Shown: positions 50,434 through 64,000, numbered from the stretch's first letter. The stretch is DNA of 64,000 bases from Marsupella aquatica (GCA_973895155.1 OZ316896.1:20652152-20716151); one strand, 5' to 3'. Made by a program: numbers and translations. Notes: generated by a model from the sequence alone, not told the origin.

Positions 50434-53400
50434 TTGTCTCTAGGAAGGAGAGTGAATGCCTGGGCCCACTGAAGTGCCACAGACACCATCTGTCCAAAGA
50501 AGAGGACGAGAACAAATACAGAGGGGAAAGGTTTCTGGTCAATACAAAAAAATGCATAAACCCAAAGGAATTGGTCAGAGGTAGGATGGAGGGCTCCCAA
50601 AACGTCCAAAGCAAAAGGATTTAAATAGGTGTTAAATAACCTAGTGTAATCTGATGCGGTTTAAAAATCTGTGTGCGATATAAAACAGAAACTCTGAATC
50701 TGAAAGGAAGAAAAATGCTTTAAAACTCACGATCTGATCTACTCCAATCTAGTAGAATCTCCTGTTGCGTAGGAAGTCCGACTTCTATGCATTGATTGAT
50801 CATACCCTGTAAAATATTCGTAAAATTAATCAATGACAGTAGATAAGTAGAGGGGTTGACACGGTATGCGGCTGAGCAGAAGGCCGAGTCCACAAAAAAG
50901 ATGCTCTAATTAGCTGTCCAATGTTGCCCGACGAGCTTCACAGGTGGACGGGCTTCAGAGCCACCACGGCACCGCGGAGAGGGTGCAAGCACGAGAGTAA
51001 TAGAGTAGTCTGGACTCAGGAGTGGTGGGCACCCGATTGCTCCGATTACGCACATACGAATTTGTCAATTCTTGGGCTATGCGAGAAATTCCCTTCCCAC
51101 TGTTCCCAGAGAGAGAGAGAGCGAGCAAGAAAAGTAGATGGCAACAGCTCAGCTCATTGGCGGCGCGTGACACAGCGCGCGGGATTGATATCACGGTACA
51201 CTGGTACAGAGCAAGAAACAAATTGCCACCCCTTCCATAGATAGACAGGTGGGGGATATTGATGGCGGCGCACGATGATGGCCTAGTGCCCTACCAACGC
51301 AATCGACAACCGGGTCTGAGGGTCTCTCATCAGTCATCACAGTATCACACACTTCGTATGAAGCTGGAGACAAGAATTATGGCAACTGTATCTGCCGTCC
51401 CATGCTATACTGGCTCGTATGCCTGCGGATTGCGGAGCAAGAGGGTCTGCTTTGTGGGGACCTCGCAATTCGCAATTACCAGTCCACAATCCAAGCGCAG
51501 TGAACGCCGTAAATGAAGCGCAGATATGTTATTCGTTTTTTTTGCAATAAAAAGTGCGAATCGAAGGGAATTCGTCAAAATCGTCCCCTGCCCCAAAAGT
51601 TGTTCCACAAAAAGTTGCCAATCAGTCAATAAGGGTGGGCTCGCAAGCTATTGTTCGCGACAGGGTCATCGGCATGTCTGAGGTAATATTGTGAGAACAC
51701 TCAATCGAGCCAAGGAAAAACAAAACTCTGTCAGTTATTGGTTCTGTTCTGTCCACCCACTTGCTCTCGTCGTTCGCCTCCCTCACCATCGCCTCCCAGG
51801 CTCCCATCCATCGTCTACAGGAGTATCCTCGTGGATCGATTGTAGGTGGGGACAGTAGAGGGAAAAAATGACAGAAACGAAAGGATCTATCTAATAAGTA
51901 GTTCCAGACCCTGGAACGAAGGCCAGGCATGACGAGGTCGGTAGTAGCAAGATAAAGCCTCAAGATGATCAATCACCACCGTCATCACAGGTGGGCAAGT
52001 TCCTTGCCTCAATTCTATTGTAGTAGGGGGTCTCAAATATAACCCGAGAATCTAACTGTAGTCGGGTTTAAGTTGGGAGGGACACACCCAAAAAATGTCC
52101 GGCCTAGCCTGTAACATGGCCCACCGGATTCCACCATTCCCTGATGGCCAGTTTCCCCCACTGCAGCCTGGCTGCTTTCACCTCTTTTCTTCCAACCCAT
52201 ACGCGAGAATTAAGTTTAGTGTTTTTTATTAGGTTAGTGAAAGACTTTTAAATTTTTGTGGGATAACATTATGGATGGATTAAATTTAATTTTGAGAATT
52301 CTAATGATCATAGGGTTTTAAAAACCAAAGATGAGAATATTTTGAGAAATGTTCCAAAAAGTAAGGGGTGAAATAGTCCCTTAATTTTTTTTAAACCCAA
52401 GTTTTAGGGTGTTTTCCCCCAAACTTGTGCATGATATGGAACCTCCAAGGAATGGCCTCCGCACAAAAAGTGATGGGTGAGGGGGGAGGGGGGGGGGGGG
52501 TGGGTTGGCGGGGCGGGTGGTCAACAAGACCAGACTGCAGTGTTTAGCCATTGTCTCTGACCAAGTATACCAAATTTCAAAATTGATATGGCAGGTGCTC
52601 TTGGCACTTGTATCCCTTGTTTTTTTGGGATCACTCAACAGTTTTGAAAGTCCAAATACAGCCTGCCCCAGGGCGTCTAAAAATTTGGAAGGCCCCAATA
52701 CTGGGACCCCCTAATTGATACAAGACATCACTGCACCAGTCAAATTCACCCAGGGCCCAATATGGACACTGGTCTAGTCTGCAGAGAAACAAAACTGGTC
52801 TATATTTGAGGTCCCTTAGTTGTGCTGTACCATCTCCGAAAGACAAATTGTGACCTGCCTGAATGCGCTCTTGACAACTCTCAAAGGATGGCGTGTCTGA
52901 CAGTGGCTCATTTGGGCGGACTCTACGATTCCAGGGTCGCTTTATGAAGTACCAAATAGAGTTTGGAAGAGCCCTCACACTACCAGGAAAGGGACAACTA
53001 GGCTTAATCTTAAAGATTCTTTCCCTTTTTGGCCAGGGTGGTGAATTGTGTGTTGTGGAGGGGATGCTAAGAATATTAAATATCAATTTTGATTTACATT
53101 ATATCTGACCGTTAGGTCACCCTAGATTTGACGGTCAGATTCTGGTCAGGGGGGTCTATTGCTAGGTGGGAAACTTGCAAATTGGAAGAAAAATAACCAG
53201 ACTAAATCTTGCCACAAGTGGCCGAAACTGTTCACTGGGATGAAACCTAGACAACTTTTTGCCATTGAAGAAAAAACGGGAACAACCTATTAGGTAGAAT
53301 ACTAGAATGGGACAGTAAGCTATTTCATATGTTGATCACATTCGTCTTTCAGTTTCTGTCCTATTCACAATTAGCTCATAACCAGTACAACAGGCTCCAA

Positions 53401-56178
53401 AAATGTACCTGTACTTGGGCTAATCTTAGTGGGAATGATAGGTCTATTTTAGAGGGACATGGAAGAGCAGATGTACCCATGTTCGGCCAACTTTCACAGT
53501 GCCTCCTGCTAAGTTTAGAGCGAACGGGTACACCAGATTTCACACAGATAAGCATACGCCCTTGCTCAGGTAATTTCAGAGGGAATGATAAATCACAACC
53601 CGTGCCTTTACCATGGGCAGAATAATTGCCCTCCATTCTCAATGAGATAGTGGTTTCACTGACAAGTAAGCATGATTGACTCAACTTGCTCAAGATCTGT
53701 TTGCACAAAAATCATATGTCAACCCATGATCCAACAACTTGTAAAGCTCTTTTCTGTATTAAGATAGTAAAAAGGGCGAGGCATATCCAAATTTAATGGA
53801 TCACAGGTCCATCCTGGCTCCAACTCCCCTCCCACAGTCCACACTGGATTGCCACTTTATTTGTTACCTATATTATATTATTATTTCCAACAAAGCAATT
53901 GTAGCAAGGGCCCGCCTCCCAAAAGCAAAATTGATTGGGTCGTTCCATAGAAAAAAGGAAGGACCACAGTCAGTTCCAAATCATTGAGCTACTGTACATA
54001 CAGGCAATAGGGAGTCTCAAACATAGGCTGCCCAAGGGATATATCGTCTAGACCATGGAGTCAAAATGGCTAGGCACCTCTAACCAGGGGCCACAATTGA
54101 CCTCTAACCAGGGCCCACAAATTTTCTCCCGGGAACCTACCCAAATCGTCTGACTGGGGCTGTTAATGCGAAAGGAGATCCCAAGACCCTAGTCAAATTA
54201 GGTCCCATTGGGCAACGCCTGCCCCAAAGTGTGACCACCTTCAAAGTTTCTTTTTGATTGAAAAAAGAAAAAGAAAAAAGCGTCACCACCTCAGAGTTTT
54301 GCTTAGGAAATTCCAGCCCTCCAAGTTTACAATGGCAAAATTTGAGAAGCAGTTATACGTACACACTATTTTTGCGAGCGGTGCTGTCAGAAGTGGTTAC
54401 CCTACTTGAGGGCAAATTCCTATAATATGCAGGTCTACGTTTTTAGCCAACCAGAATAATTCATAGATCTACAGTACCTTTTTCAGCCAAACAATTTCAT
54501 TCTGCAACGTAGCGTATCTGAGCAATATCTATCTTGCGATGTATTAATTTATCGAGGGTCAGTGAAGTACTCATTACCTCACGGACGAACTGTGGATCGT
54601 CGATTGATCTGCAATCCATAAATGAGGGATGTAATTGAAGCGAAGGTACCTGTCGAAAAAGCGATTCGCACAGGGATGGGAAGGGTATGAAAGGCCGTAT
54701 AGTAGCTCGACTGTGAGATGGAGAGGAGACCTTCAGCTCACTAGCCAATGGCAATTTGAGGAGTGGTGGAGTGGAGTGGAGTGGAGAGGGAAGCACTCTA
54801 GACAGATCTACTTTTTTTGTGATGCACCTGCGTATCAATCTTGTGTCCACTCTCGGGGATTGTTGGTGCTTCAATGACTCAATGCTCTGATGAGTGATGA
54901 CACCTTGGGGCTGACGAGGACTCGTGTCTGACTTATCCCTAGCAGAAGCAGCGGGTTCTCAGCTGTGATCATTCATCTTTTTGTTACGTATCAATTGATC
55001 GTTCTGATCATGAGCTCACTCTGCCGGATCATCATCCGCGATCTTGGCTTCTAGCGCGGCACTCACACACTCTCAACCGGGCCTGGGGTGCTGTCTGTAT
55101 AAAGAGTCCACTGTACTGACAAACTCGGCTTCAACTCCTCTCTGAGTCTGACGGTATGTGGAGTGTGGACTTTTGAGCCGATTGATTGCGGCCTGTAAGC
55201 TTTGATATTATTATTTTGCACGCACGCAAATTGAGTTTGAGACTGCGAGGTCTTTGGGAAATTGTTCGCTGGAGGATCTCGGTTCTTAATATAGTTGCGG
55301 GCAGGCTTGCATTGCCTGGCAGGGCGAATTGAGCGAGGCGTGGGTTTGGATCGTAGTAACTGTGGACGCTGTCTTTGTTCTGAGGAGGGCATTGCAGGGG
55401 GACCCAGCTGATTATATTTGGTCTTGTGGATGAGGAAGATGAGGATTTGATGGCGGTGTGGTTTGTCACTGTCGTCGCCCCCATTTGTTTGCCACTGCGA
55501 TTTTTGTTTTGAGATGACGACTTTTTCATCGATGCAGGGGAGACTGACGTTGGAGCCAATCCTGGAAATCGGTGGCGGGGTGACTTGGAAGCCCAAGACT
55601 TGAAGCAAATTGGCGTAGTCTACTAGTTTGGTTTGGTGTGGTCGTTTTTGTTACTAGCGGACGATCCGTCCGCCCAGGAGAGAAAGAGATCTCGTCACTT
55701 GAGGAAGAAGAGACTTGAGCATTCATCATTGGGACAGCTGATATAAGGAGCAATCTAGGGGAGGTTAAGAAGGCTGGGCTCTCGACATTGACAGACGGAT
55801 TGAAATGCTACGAAAATGGCGACGAGCAGCTCCGGCGTTTTCGATTGGGCAGCAGCGAAGGACGCGGCCTCACCTATTCTTTGAGGAGTAGAATGCGCTC
55901 GGATGATGGAACGCTCAAGGAGAGCAGCAGCAGCAGCGAGAGCAGTTGTGGAGGGACGATGCTCACAGCAGCTGTATCGGGGATAGACTTTTCATTGAGG
56001 GAAGTCTCTGTTCATAAGACTTAGTATATATATGTTGTTGCAAGTCAGTGGTAAGTGGTGGACGGAATGGGATCAGGTTGAGTCGCACCACAGTCTTAGG
56101 AAAAATTGACTAGTACAGAAGAAATTCGAATAAAAAGGCAGTGTCGAGGGTGTATTGTAAGTTCGTCCGCAAATATTG

Positions 56179-57108
56179 ATGGCGAGGAGGTGGATTTGTG
56201 CACTGGGAGGGCAGCCAGTGAGGGTGGTGCATGGGGATGGGCAGGTATTATCGCTCATGCCTCCGGTGACAGTGGCGGACATTCTCGTCAACCATCCGCA
56301 CCATTACATCTGCCACATGTGCCCAGAGCTACCCACGAACAAGTCTCCCATGCTCTCCCTGGATTACGACTTGGAGCCAGGCTATCTGTACTTTCTCCTC
56401 CCGCTCCCCCGGCTCTTTCCAACGAGCTCGGCCGGGCCTCCCTCCTGTTGCTGCCGTGCTACCAATCAGGACACGAGCATTGAGGAGGGACACACTACGC
56501 CTTCTAGAGATTCCAACGATCACAAGTTCGGGTTCCCTTCTCCTCTTATAGTCAAAGGAGTGCAGCGCATGATGGACAGGATCGGCTCTCCCATAAGAGC
56601 ACCGAAGAAGGTCTCTCCCGAGCTCTCTCGCTCACCTATGTCTTCTGCAAGAGACGCGACGTCGCCGCTGCTGTCACCAACATATGGATCCATTAAGAGC
56701 AGTAAGCGAAGAGGAGGAATTGCGTTTTTGAGCAGGAGTGGCAGATCGTCAAAGAGCTCCCCGAGTCGGTCGAGGGAGGGCTTTTCGTCTCCCAAAGCTC
56801 ATTCGAAGGGTGGCATGATGAGAGACAGTGGCCGGTGCTTCGTGGAGGATTTGTGCAGCATGAAGTGGAAGCCTCGGCTAGGGTGCATTTCGGAGACCGA
56901 CGCGGTCGTCACGGTATGTGAGGAGCTAAGACTCTGCTTGGATCGCAGAAGGCTCACCTTTGATAGCAGATTGCCCCGCCCCAGCTCACCGTCCAGATTG
57001 GGGGACATTTACAGGCTCTCGGCCAGGTCAGTAATTCAACCTTCATCTCCAGCTGGGATAATGAATTTAGTGCCCCGATCTGGCTCTGTGTGTGTCCCTT
57101 ACGCTTGA
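56179..57108 (+). CDS. DUF4228 (PADRE) domain protein, single coding exon
   Basis: VRVVHGDGQV..PVTVADILVNHPHHYIC..LEPGYLYFLLP, a Ser/Arg-rich middle, and WKPRLGCISE matching the W+PxLxxIxE C-terminal motif. Confidence 0.9.
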   Translation: MARRWICALGGQPVRVVHGDGQVLSLMPPVTVADILVNHPHHYICHMCPELPTNKSPMLSLDYDLEPGYLYFLLPLPRLFPTSSAGPPSCCCRATNQDTSIEEGHTTPSRDSNDHKFGFPSPLIVKGVQRMMDRIGSPIRAPKKVSPELSRSPMSSARDATSPLLSPTYGSIKSSKRRGGIAFLSRSGRSSKSSPSRSREGFSSPKAHSKGGMMRDSGRCFVEDLCSMKWKPRLGCISETDAVVTVCEELRLCLDRRRLTFDSRLPRPSSPSRLGDIYRLSARSVIQPSSPAGIMNLVPRSGSVCVPYA

Positions 57109-59353
57109 GGCTGCCACTTTCAAGTCCATGACACTGGCCATCATTCACCCTCTCACTCGCTCTCTTCCTTTTGTCAAACAAACTCACATCAAGATATTAA
57201 GCAGTACAGCGGTAGAGTGTTTCGTCGCCAGCATTTCGATTAGTCCAGCGTGGGCGTTTAATGCTTCTGGGATTCACCGATGCGGATCGATCTCCAATTT
57301 AGTCTGGACACTATGATCTCTCTTTTAGTGCTTTGAGTTTGGAAATTTCCTACACTTGGGAGTGTGTGAGGCTTGTCAATATATGGACTCGGCTTACTAA
57401 CGCGTGAATGGTTGGAATGTTCAGAGAGCGTCTGAAACCTGCGAAGGACGATGGATACTCCAATAAGCCGGCGAGTCCCTTGCCGGAAGATGGATACAAC
57501 AGCAAGCCCATGGGGCACATGTCTCTAGGAAGTTATCTCTTCGTATGAACGGCAGCATCGTTCTCATTTGTTTTTCACTCACTGGGGTACAAAGGACATA
57601 TGGAGAGGTACAATTCTGCCATTACTTGGAGCCAATTGAAGTTGACAACGTCCGTCAGGTTCTAAGGTTTGTACTTCGCATATCCGGTGGATGCGCATTC
57701 AACTTGAGGTCTTTCATCTGGCCGGTGGTCAGTATTCGGAGGCTGTCCATTCTATCGATTTGGAAGACTGAGGAATCGAAGATACCATCAGATCTCCCCG
57801 AACATCAGTGTGAGATCTTCACAGCAAATCAATATCCCAAATAGACAGCCTAGTGCCTTAGCTACGTTAAAGGTAGGACAGGCCGAACTCCATGTAGTAT
57901 TGCCTTCTTGTATCGTAATGAAAAATCACTGTAGCTAGATGTACCCCAAGCATTGAAATCTGGGTGCTTGTCACCCTTTTACAATTTACGATCAATTTGA
58001 GTGGGATACAGTAGGGAGAGTACAGAGTTTAGCGGAGACCTTCTGGCATTTGTGGGCAGCCAACACTGTACTTATTGGGGCAGTCTGCGATGAATTGCCC
58101 TCGATTGAGGTAGAGCTTATCTGTTCTGTGGATTGGGGTCATACCGGAGAAAGGGGCTGCGAAACTACGAAACCTGGCCAGCTGGCCTTTTCACCAGTGA
58201 TCAGCGAGGGGAACATCGTCGACAACGGAAGAACCAGAGAGTTGGTAACGTTCTTCTACTGCTGCACGAAAGTGTCTACATGTAGACACTGCAAGAAAGT
58301 ACAGTCGTACAGCCCAGTCGTACAGCCCCATGGCAGTTGACGGGGTTACTCGTGGATCGAACTGTTTGTAAAGTGCAACATAATGTCACTCGCCTGTTGG
58401 CTTTGGCGACAGTTGTCATGATGACGATGCCTAAGGCACATGTCGTGTGAAGTGTCTCAGGTGAACTGTGAACAGATTATTCGGAGGGAAAAACGTTTTT
58501 GACAATTGAGGTGGTATGTACTGTACGCCGTAGCAGCGCGAGTTAAAAATGTGAAGACGATTACTGATTTTATAGATGTCATCATCATCCAAGTGGCTCC
58601 TTGTTCACCTTTTGTTGAACAACAGTCGGCGGCAATCACTGGTGAACAGTAGCTGGGTAGGATCAAAGTGCTTTTTCTCTGAAATTTGGTCAAGTTACAG
58701 TTCTACGTAAGGTGTACCGACGAGCATTTACGTAGTTTTGGTAAAGTTTTGTCACGTTTCAAAGCACGTGTTTCGGTGATGATCTAGAATAATACTGTAG
58801 CACGGAGGTGAGATGTGGTGAAGTTTGCTTCGTCCTAATGAGGCGGAGTAGCACAGTATTGACCACGAATCAAGTCTCACAGTAAAGTCTAGAAGAGTTT
58901 TGAAGGTATAATCAGCGTATCTCGTGAGTACAGTGGAACAAGACCAACAAAAAACGTCCAAGATTGTTCTTAACACCGCATTTGAACATCATTATCATGA
59001 GTAACCATGTGTGAACACAAGAGTTGTATCGAAGCGCCGTAGATGAGAGTCTTGAAAAATATTGGCTTACAGGCATCCTACGCTAGTACCTTACATCCCC
59101 GTGAAGTCTGAAACCATTAGTTTCATCGGCACGTAGATTGGTACACCGTGAAACTTGCATGCTGTCAGCCATTTCACCAAGAGAAACTGTCAAGCTCCTC
59201 TTCTTTGTTCTCACCCTTCATCATTTAAGTATCACTATGCCTTATCGTAAATCCCTAAACCCAATGCAAATACGCTGTTCAATCCAGGTGAACCTAGGGA
59301 AGTATCCAATCCTAGTTTACATACAATGTGGCAAAGGTGCGAGTTAATATGGA

Positions 59354-59690
59354 AAGGTTCTGAATAATGGGGATACGAAATGTGGATTGCTTCCTCGTAA
59401 CTCGCTTTCGATGAGATGACAAGTTTCTACGTTCACTTGACCACGGGAAACGTTTTTGAGTCTCAAACCAAGCTTAGCACACGGAATACATTTTCTGTCT
59501 AGATGAACCGCCACACTGTAGTTATTTTTTGACAGAGAACCGGCAAGGTTCTGAATAATAGAGATACGATTGTAGGATGCTTCCTCGCAATTCCCTTCGA
59601 TGAGATGACAAGTTTCTACGTCCACTTCTTTTAAGGCTCAGATCTAGCGTAGCACAAGAAACACATTTTTTGTCCAAACTAACCACCCAG
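59354..59690. repeat. ~190-bp tandem duplication
   Basis: aaggttctgaataat.g.gatacga..gcttcctcg.aa..ttcgatgagatgacaagtttctacgt.cactt at 59354 and 59546. Confidence 0.85.
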
Positions 59691-60415
59691 CTTTGGATGA
59701 CAATAAATGCAATTCAGGTTTCGTAATCAGCACCAGCAGAGATCCGTAGACCATGAAATCTTCAAAACATTGAACAGTTCCTGGAAATTCTTTGTAGAGG
59801 CACTTCAAGCAATTTCTGAATTACAATATACCAATCTAGCAAGTAAACAACTGCCAGATTGTGCTCTTTCTTATTCTACAACGACAGTACATTCTACTGG
59901 AGGCTCAATGCATTCAATACTATTGATAAACTAGTCATAAATGGGATTTCCTATTCTTTGGAGTTCCGAAGATTTTAACAAATCCTTCACATTCTAGAAT
60001 CACAAGGTGGTGCAACCAACAAGCTGGATTAGGTTACTGTACAAATGGGCAAACTCTTGGCAGAATGATCAGTTTCTTCATGGAAAAAAATGAGGACCCC
60101 AGACAATAATGTACAACTGGCGCCGATTCACCTTTTGGCTCGGAGTTGCTGTGTATACCACTGCAGTAAGAAATTCAGGAAAGCATCACTTGCCTGTCAC
60201 GCCTCCAGTTTACAGCCAATTAAATTTTCTCAAGTCGTCTCAGTCTTGGCTGGTACGCTTACTTGCATGTTACACGCTACACACGTTCCTGGGACACAGA
60301 TCGTGACTCTCCGCCTTGACTGAAGAAATTGATTCGAGATTTGGGCCATTTCCAAATCTTGAGATGTGATGTAAGGTACATATCTTGAGTTTCTTCAGCG
60401 AGACAAAGCTGAACC

Positions 60416-61956
60416 CTAGACAGTAACTGCACCAGAAGGGGCTTGAGAGGGACTGTTAAGTCTCTGCATTGCTGTTTTGGCATCAGGATATTCTGGACTG
60501 ACGGCCAGAGCTTGCTGGTACGCCACCAACGCATCTTCAATATCTCCAACTCTTTCACAGCAGCTGCCCAACATGACATGTGTTTGAGGGTTAGCTGGGT
60601 GTAGACCGACAGCCTCTTGCAGGTCTTTAAGAACATCCTGCATCCCATCCCTGCTTCCATTCATCTGCTCGAGCGTGAGCTCTACCCTTTGCAGCAAAGT
60701 GTCAGCCCTTTCTTCCTTAGAGAGGCTCTTGGCAAATTCTTTCGACAGGGCTGTATTCAAAACCTTCAGAGCAGCTACAGGTTTTTTAAGCAGCTTTAAT
60801 GCTAGGCTCTTGACAATGAGCGTTGCTGCATCATGGGGATTCAGTTCGATTGCAAGATCTGCTTCAGTGATCGCATTCCCAGCTAAAGATCGAGCTTGAC
60901 TTGCAGACACCTTTTCATTTCGGGCGTTATTCAGAAGCATAGCTGCTTTGACAAAATGGCGGCGTGCCTGTAGCACCAATCAGTCACAAAATGAATCAAT
61001 TCTCAAAGAAATACAAAAGGAAGTACTGACAAACTTCCCCGCTAACATGAAGCGCATCGGTATATCATTGTGGAGTAACAACATCTGACCGTGAAGGCAT
61101 AACCAGGAGCTGGGACGATTTGGTTCGGTAGTGACTTAGCTGTGGAAAGAGGCTCGAAACAACTTGCATAAGACTTAATAAGAAAAATTCTATGAGAAAG
61201 TTACTGGACACCAGAGGATCAAAGAGGAATGTGACACAAATAGAAAAGCCACAACTAGAAAAGCAGGAACCAAGCAAATAGACCACCTAATACCAATTTC
61301 ACCGACACCAATGATTTATGAATATTCAGGGGTGCATCATCTGGCCGAGGTTACAATGATGATTGTGAAGAGTATGTTTTGCGTAAGAGGAGGCAGCTCC
61401 TTTGAAGGTACGCTTCAGTTCCTCAGTGAAGTAGCTGTGAAAAGGGGCTCGGAAGTACATAAAGATTTTGATAGAACATATGTTTTCTGAGAGGATTGTT
61501 AAACCCCAATCAGTAAAGCGGTTTCCACCTTCCAGCAATTAATCAATCTAACAGAGCAAATATCATGAGATGCCGACAAGTGCCATCCTTTCGGGCATCC
61601 TTTAGGGCACCTGGAAAGTAAAAATCCTATCCCTTCTCTTGACTTGCATAAATTTGGCTATTGATACAAACTAAGCACAACATATCACATATCAAACCGA
61701 ATTGGGGGCAAAGCAAAGAACTAGTTAGAACTATCTATATTCCAAGACTCGTCAGCAAGCAAAGCATCTACGCTTCCCCTCCTCAAAAATATGCACAAAT
61801 CATTTCTATCCAACGCGCAAAACGAGCATGCAGTACCTGAGTGAGGCGAGCTCGGCGCCTTCGAAGCCTCGCATGTATACCATTTCCAACAGAGCGAAGC
61901 AGAAGCGCCGCCAGTAGCCCAAGTACTACCAGGGCGTAGGTGAGAAGGTTCTCCAT
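60416..61956 (-). CDS. Signal-anchored tetratricopeptide-repeat (TPR) protein
   Basis: Exon 1 61956-61837 (MENLLTYALVVLGLLAALLLRSVGNGIHARLRRRRARLTQ, CAG|GT) joined in phase 0 to exon 2 60967-60416. TPR motifs AIELNPHDA, AVGLHPANPQTHVMLGSCCERVGDIEDALVAYQQALAVSPEYPDA. Confidence 0.9.
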
Positions 61957-62738
61957 CTCCCTTCTCCTTTCTCCTCACGAAAAGCTATACAAACTCGCTT
62001 TGTGTTGGACCAATTGTCTGACCACGTATTAGGGGCACCCACTGCAAGCTCCGTCTGTACCTCTACCTCTGTTCCTGTCTCTGTGAGGTGATTCTATTCC
62101 TGCCTGGAGGATCCGACTCCAACCGGTGTATGCGTATTCCAATCTCTCTGCTTCTGTGCATTTTGATCGTCAATTGCATGTATTCCTCATTCCATTCCAA
62201 GGCAATTTGCTTCCCTGTAGCCTCTATCCCACACCATACAGATCTACTGGGCACTTTCCAATCAGTTTCGTATCAATCTTATTCCATCTCTCTCTCTCTC
62301 TCTCGCTGTGTCATCCTGCGAGGTCACGGCAAGAGCTTGGACGCAAATCCCTTGAGGAGGGCTTCACCAATTTGATTGATTAGAAGTAAATCTCGAGCGT
62401 TCCAGCTTCTGAAAACAAGCGCAGAGCGATTCGAACTTCCGAGACTCCAAACCCACAAAGCCCGTCCTCCTCTACGAACCCGAAAATGATTTCGCGAGAC
62501 TCGAGAGTGAGAGCTCGAGATAAGACTTTGGACACGACATGGCGGTCGGGGAGTAATAGGGGATGGACACGCGTATCAAGCAGCGGGACCGCACGAAGGT
62601 TCTTCTGTTTCATCGTCTTCGCCCATAAAATATAAGGATGAAAATCGGGTATCATAATAATACAATTTTTAATTATTTTCCACTAAGGATGTTTAGGTTC
62701 ATAATATTGTCATGGTTTTTATTTATTTATCAATATAG

Positions 62739-63221
62739 TATAGCATGCTCATCCTGGAACATGCTTGGAATTTTTGTTTTGTAGTGACTTGAAAGTAAAT
62801 AAAATATGAAAATATAACTAGAAAAATTGGTGCACAATTTGACCAATGAAAAGTACAATCAAGGATGCTACCATGTGTGCACTTAATTCAATGTCATGAA
62901 TGATACTTATTTCAATAAAAAAATCATAAACTTAGGAAAGAAAGACATGAGAGTAATTTAAGACACAATCAAAACCATTTCTCTCATTCATGAGAATGTT
63001 CAACTGGTGGAGCCGTTCATTTCATCTCTAATAAATCACAAACATTAAAGCTGCCAAAATAAGTTCAAAATACTTTAGATACTAAAAATTAGAGGGGTCC
63101 ATAAATTAATTAAAAATGTATATGATACCCAGGCGCCCCTTGATAAGGCACATTGAAATAAAAATATATGACATGAAAACTCTGAATAAGACAAAATGTG
63201 AAAGGTGAATTCACCATATAG
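62739..63221 (+). repeat. Dispersed repeat family C, copy 2
   Basis: Colinear with 44559-45087. Confidence 0.85.
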
Positions 63222-63404
63222 GAGGTACACAATACATGGGTTTATATACCACTGTGTTTTCTAAAGATGACAAGTTAAACAAAGGTCAGAATATACAAAG
63301 ACCGAGACTATTTATGGAGTCTATAAAAACAATAAAATTATCATAAATTAGAATATCTTTAATGACAATGTAGTTAAAAACTATAAATAATTAAGCTATA
63401 TATT

Positions 63405-63720
63405 ATTCAGGATCTAAGGTCTAAGTGAAACATTTAGGCAGTGATTTTATGGCATAACTGAAGTTGAAAATGAAAAAAACATGGATTGCGGGGGCAAGGT
63501 AAATCTGGTGAGGAGTTTCAGTCTAGGCCGTGACATCATGGCATAACTGAATTGACACTGCAAAAACAGGGATTGGGGCAGAGTGAGTCACTGGAAACTC
63601 TTCAGGATCTAAGGTCTCTAGTGAAACCTCTTGACCATGAGTCTATGGCATAATTGAAATGGACAGTGCAAAAACAGGCATTGGGGGCAGGTGAATCTCT
63701 AGAGGACTCACTGGAAATCA
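63405..63720. repeat. Complex degenerate tandem repeat
   Basis: ttcaggatctaaggtct x2 (63406, 63601); atggcataa(c/t)tgaa x3; gcaaaaacagg.attggggc-like motif x2. Confidence 0.75.
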
Positions 63721-64000
63721 ATTGAATAAGAGTGTTTAAAATGGAAACAAGCTTGAATGTACTCACCTACACACAAGAACGAATCAGGCTAGTTAAATTA
63801 AACTTTGGGCCACACTAACCAAATGTTTTGGGTCCTTGTGAAACCTCCATAAATTCTGTCCTGTAAATTTTAAGAATATTCTAAGCTTCCTAGTGTAAAC
63901 ACTGACTTTCCAAATGTATACATTGTTTATAAAGTAGAAAAACATTACAACACAAGAATCTATTTTGACCTTGAGTTGCTTCCTGAAATGAAAAATAAGA

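Noticed and set aside
52481-52500. Poly-G run as a functional G-quadruplex
   Set aside because: A simple homopolymer in repeat-derived DNA with no supporting context.
55063-55753. Minus-strand ORFs of 181, 142 and 75 aa upstream of DUF4228
   Set aside because: Low-complexity, non-ATG starts, no motifs; probably the 5' leader or promoter of the DUF4228 gene.

Overview
Eukaryotic, intron-rich genomic DNA from a land plant. A non-seed plant such as a bryophyte or lycophyte is inferred from the NLR features, not proven. Host genes: (1) a 7-exon NLR immune receptor (+, ~1568-6992) with an MLKL/Cbl-N-like four-helix N-terminal domain, NB-ARC and LRR, carrying apparent frameshifts; (2) an uncharacterised plastid-targeted membrane protein (+, 12110-15850); (3) a HOS15/TBL1-type LisH-WD40 corepressor (-, 17990-25266); (4) a DUF4228/PADRE protein (+, 56179-57108); (5) a signal-anchored TPR protein (-, 60416-61956). 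The standout feature is a complete 10.7-kb Mutator-superfamily DNA transposon (33339-44084) with 285/323-bp TIRs and an exact 8-bp TSD (TGCAAAGA). It encodes a decayed DDE-SWIM transposase resembling the supposedly domesticated At4g13970/At1g60560 family. Convergently from the other TIR it carries two accessory genes: an RPA1 C-terminal-like zinc-ribbon OB-fold ORF, and a multi-exon C2H2 protein whose predicted N-terminus (MARTKKQ) mimics the histone H3 tail. The rest is intergenic DNA with dispersed repeats, probable LINE remnants and tandem duplications. All family assignments come from motif recognition by eye; no database searches were run.
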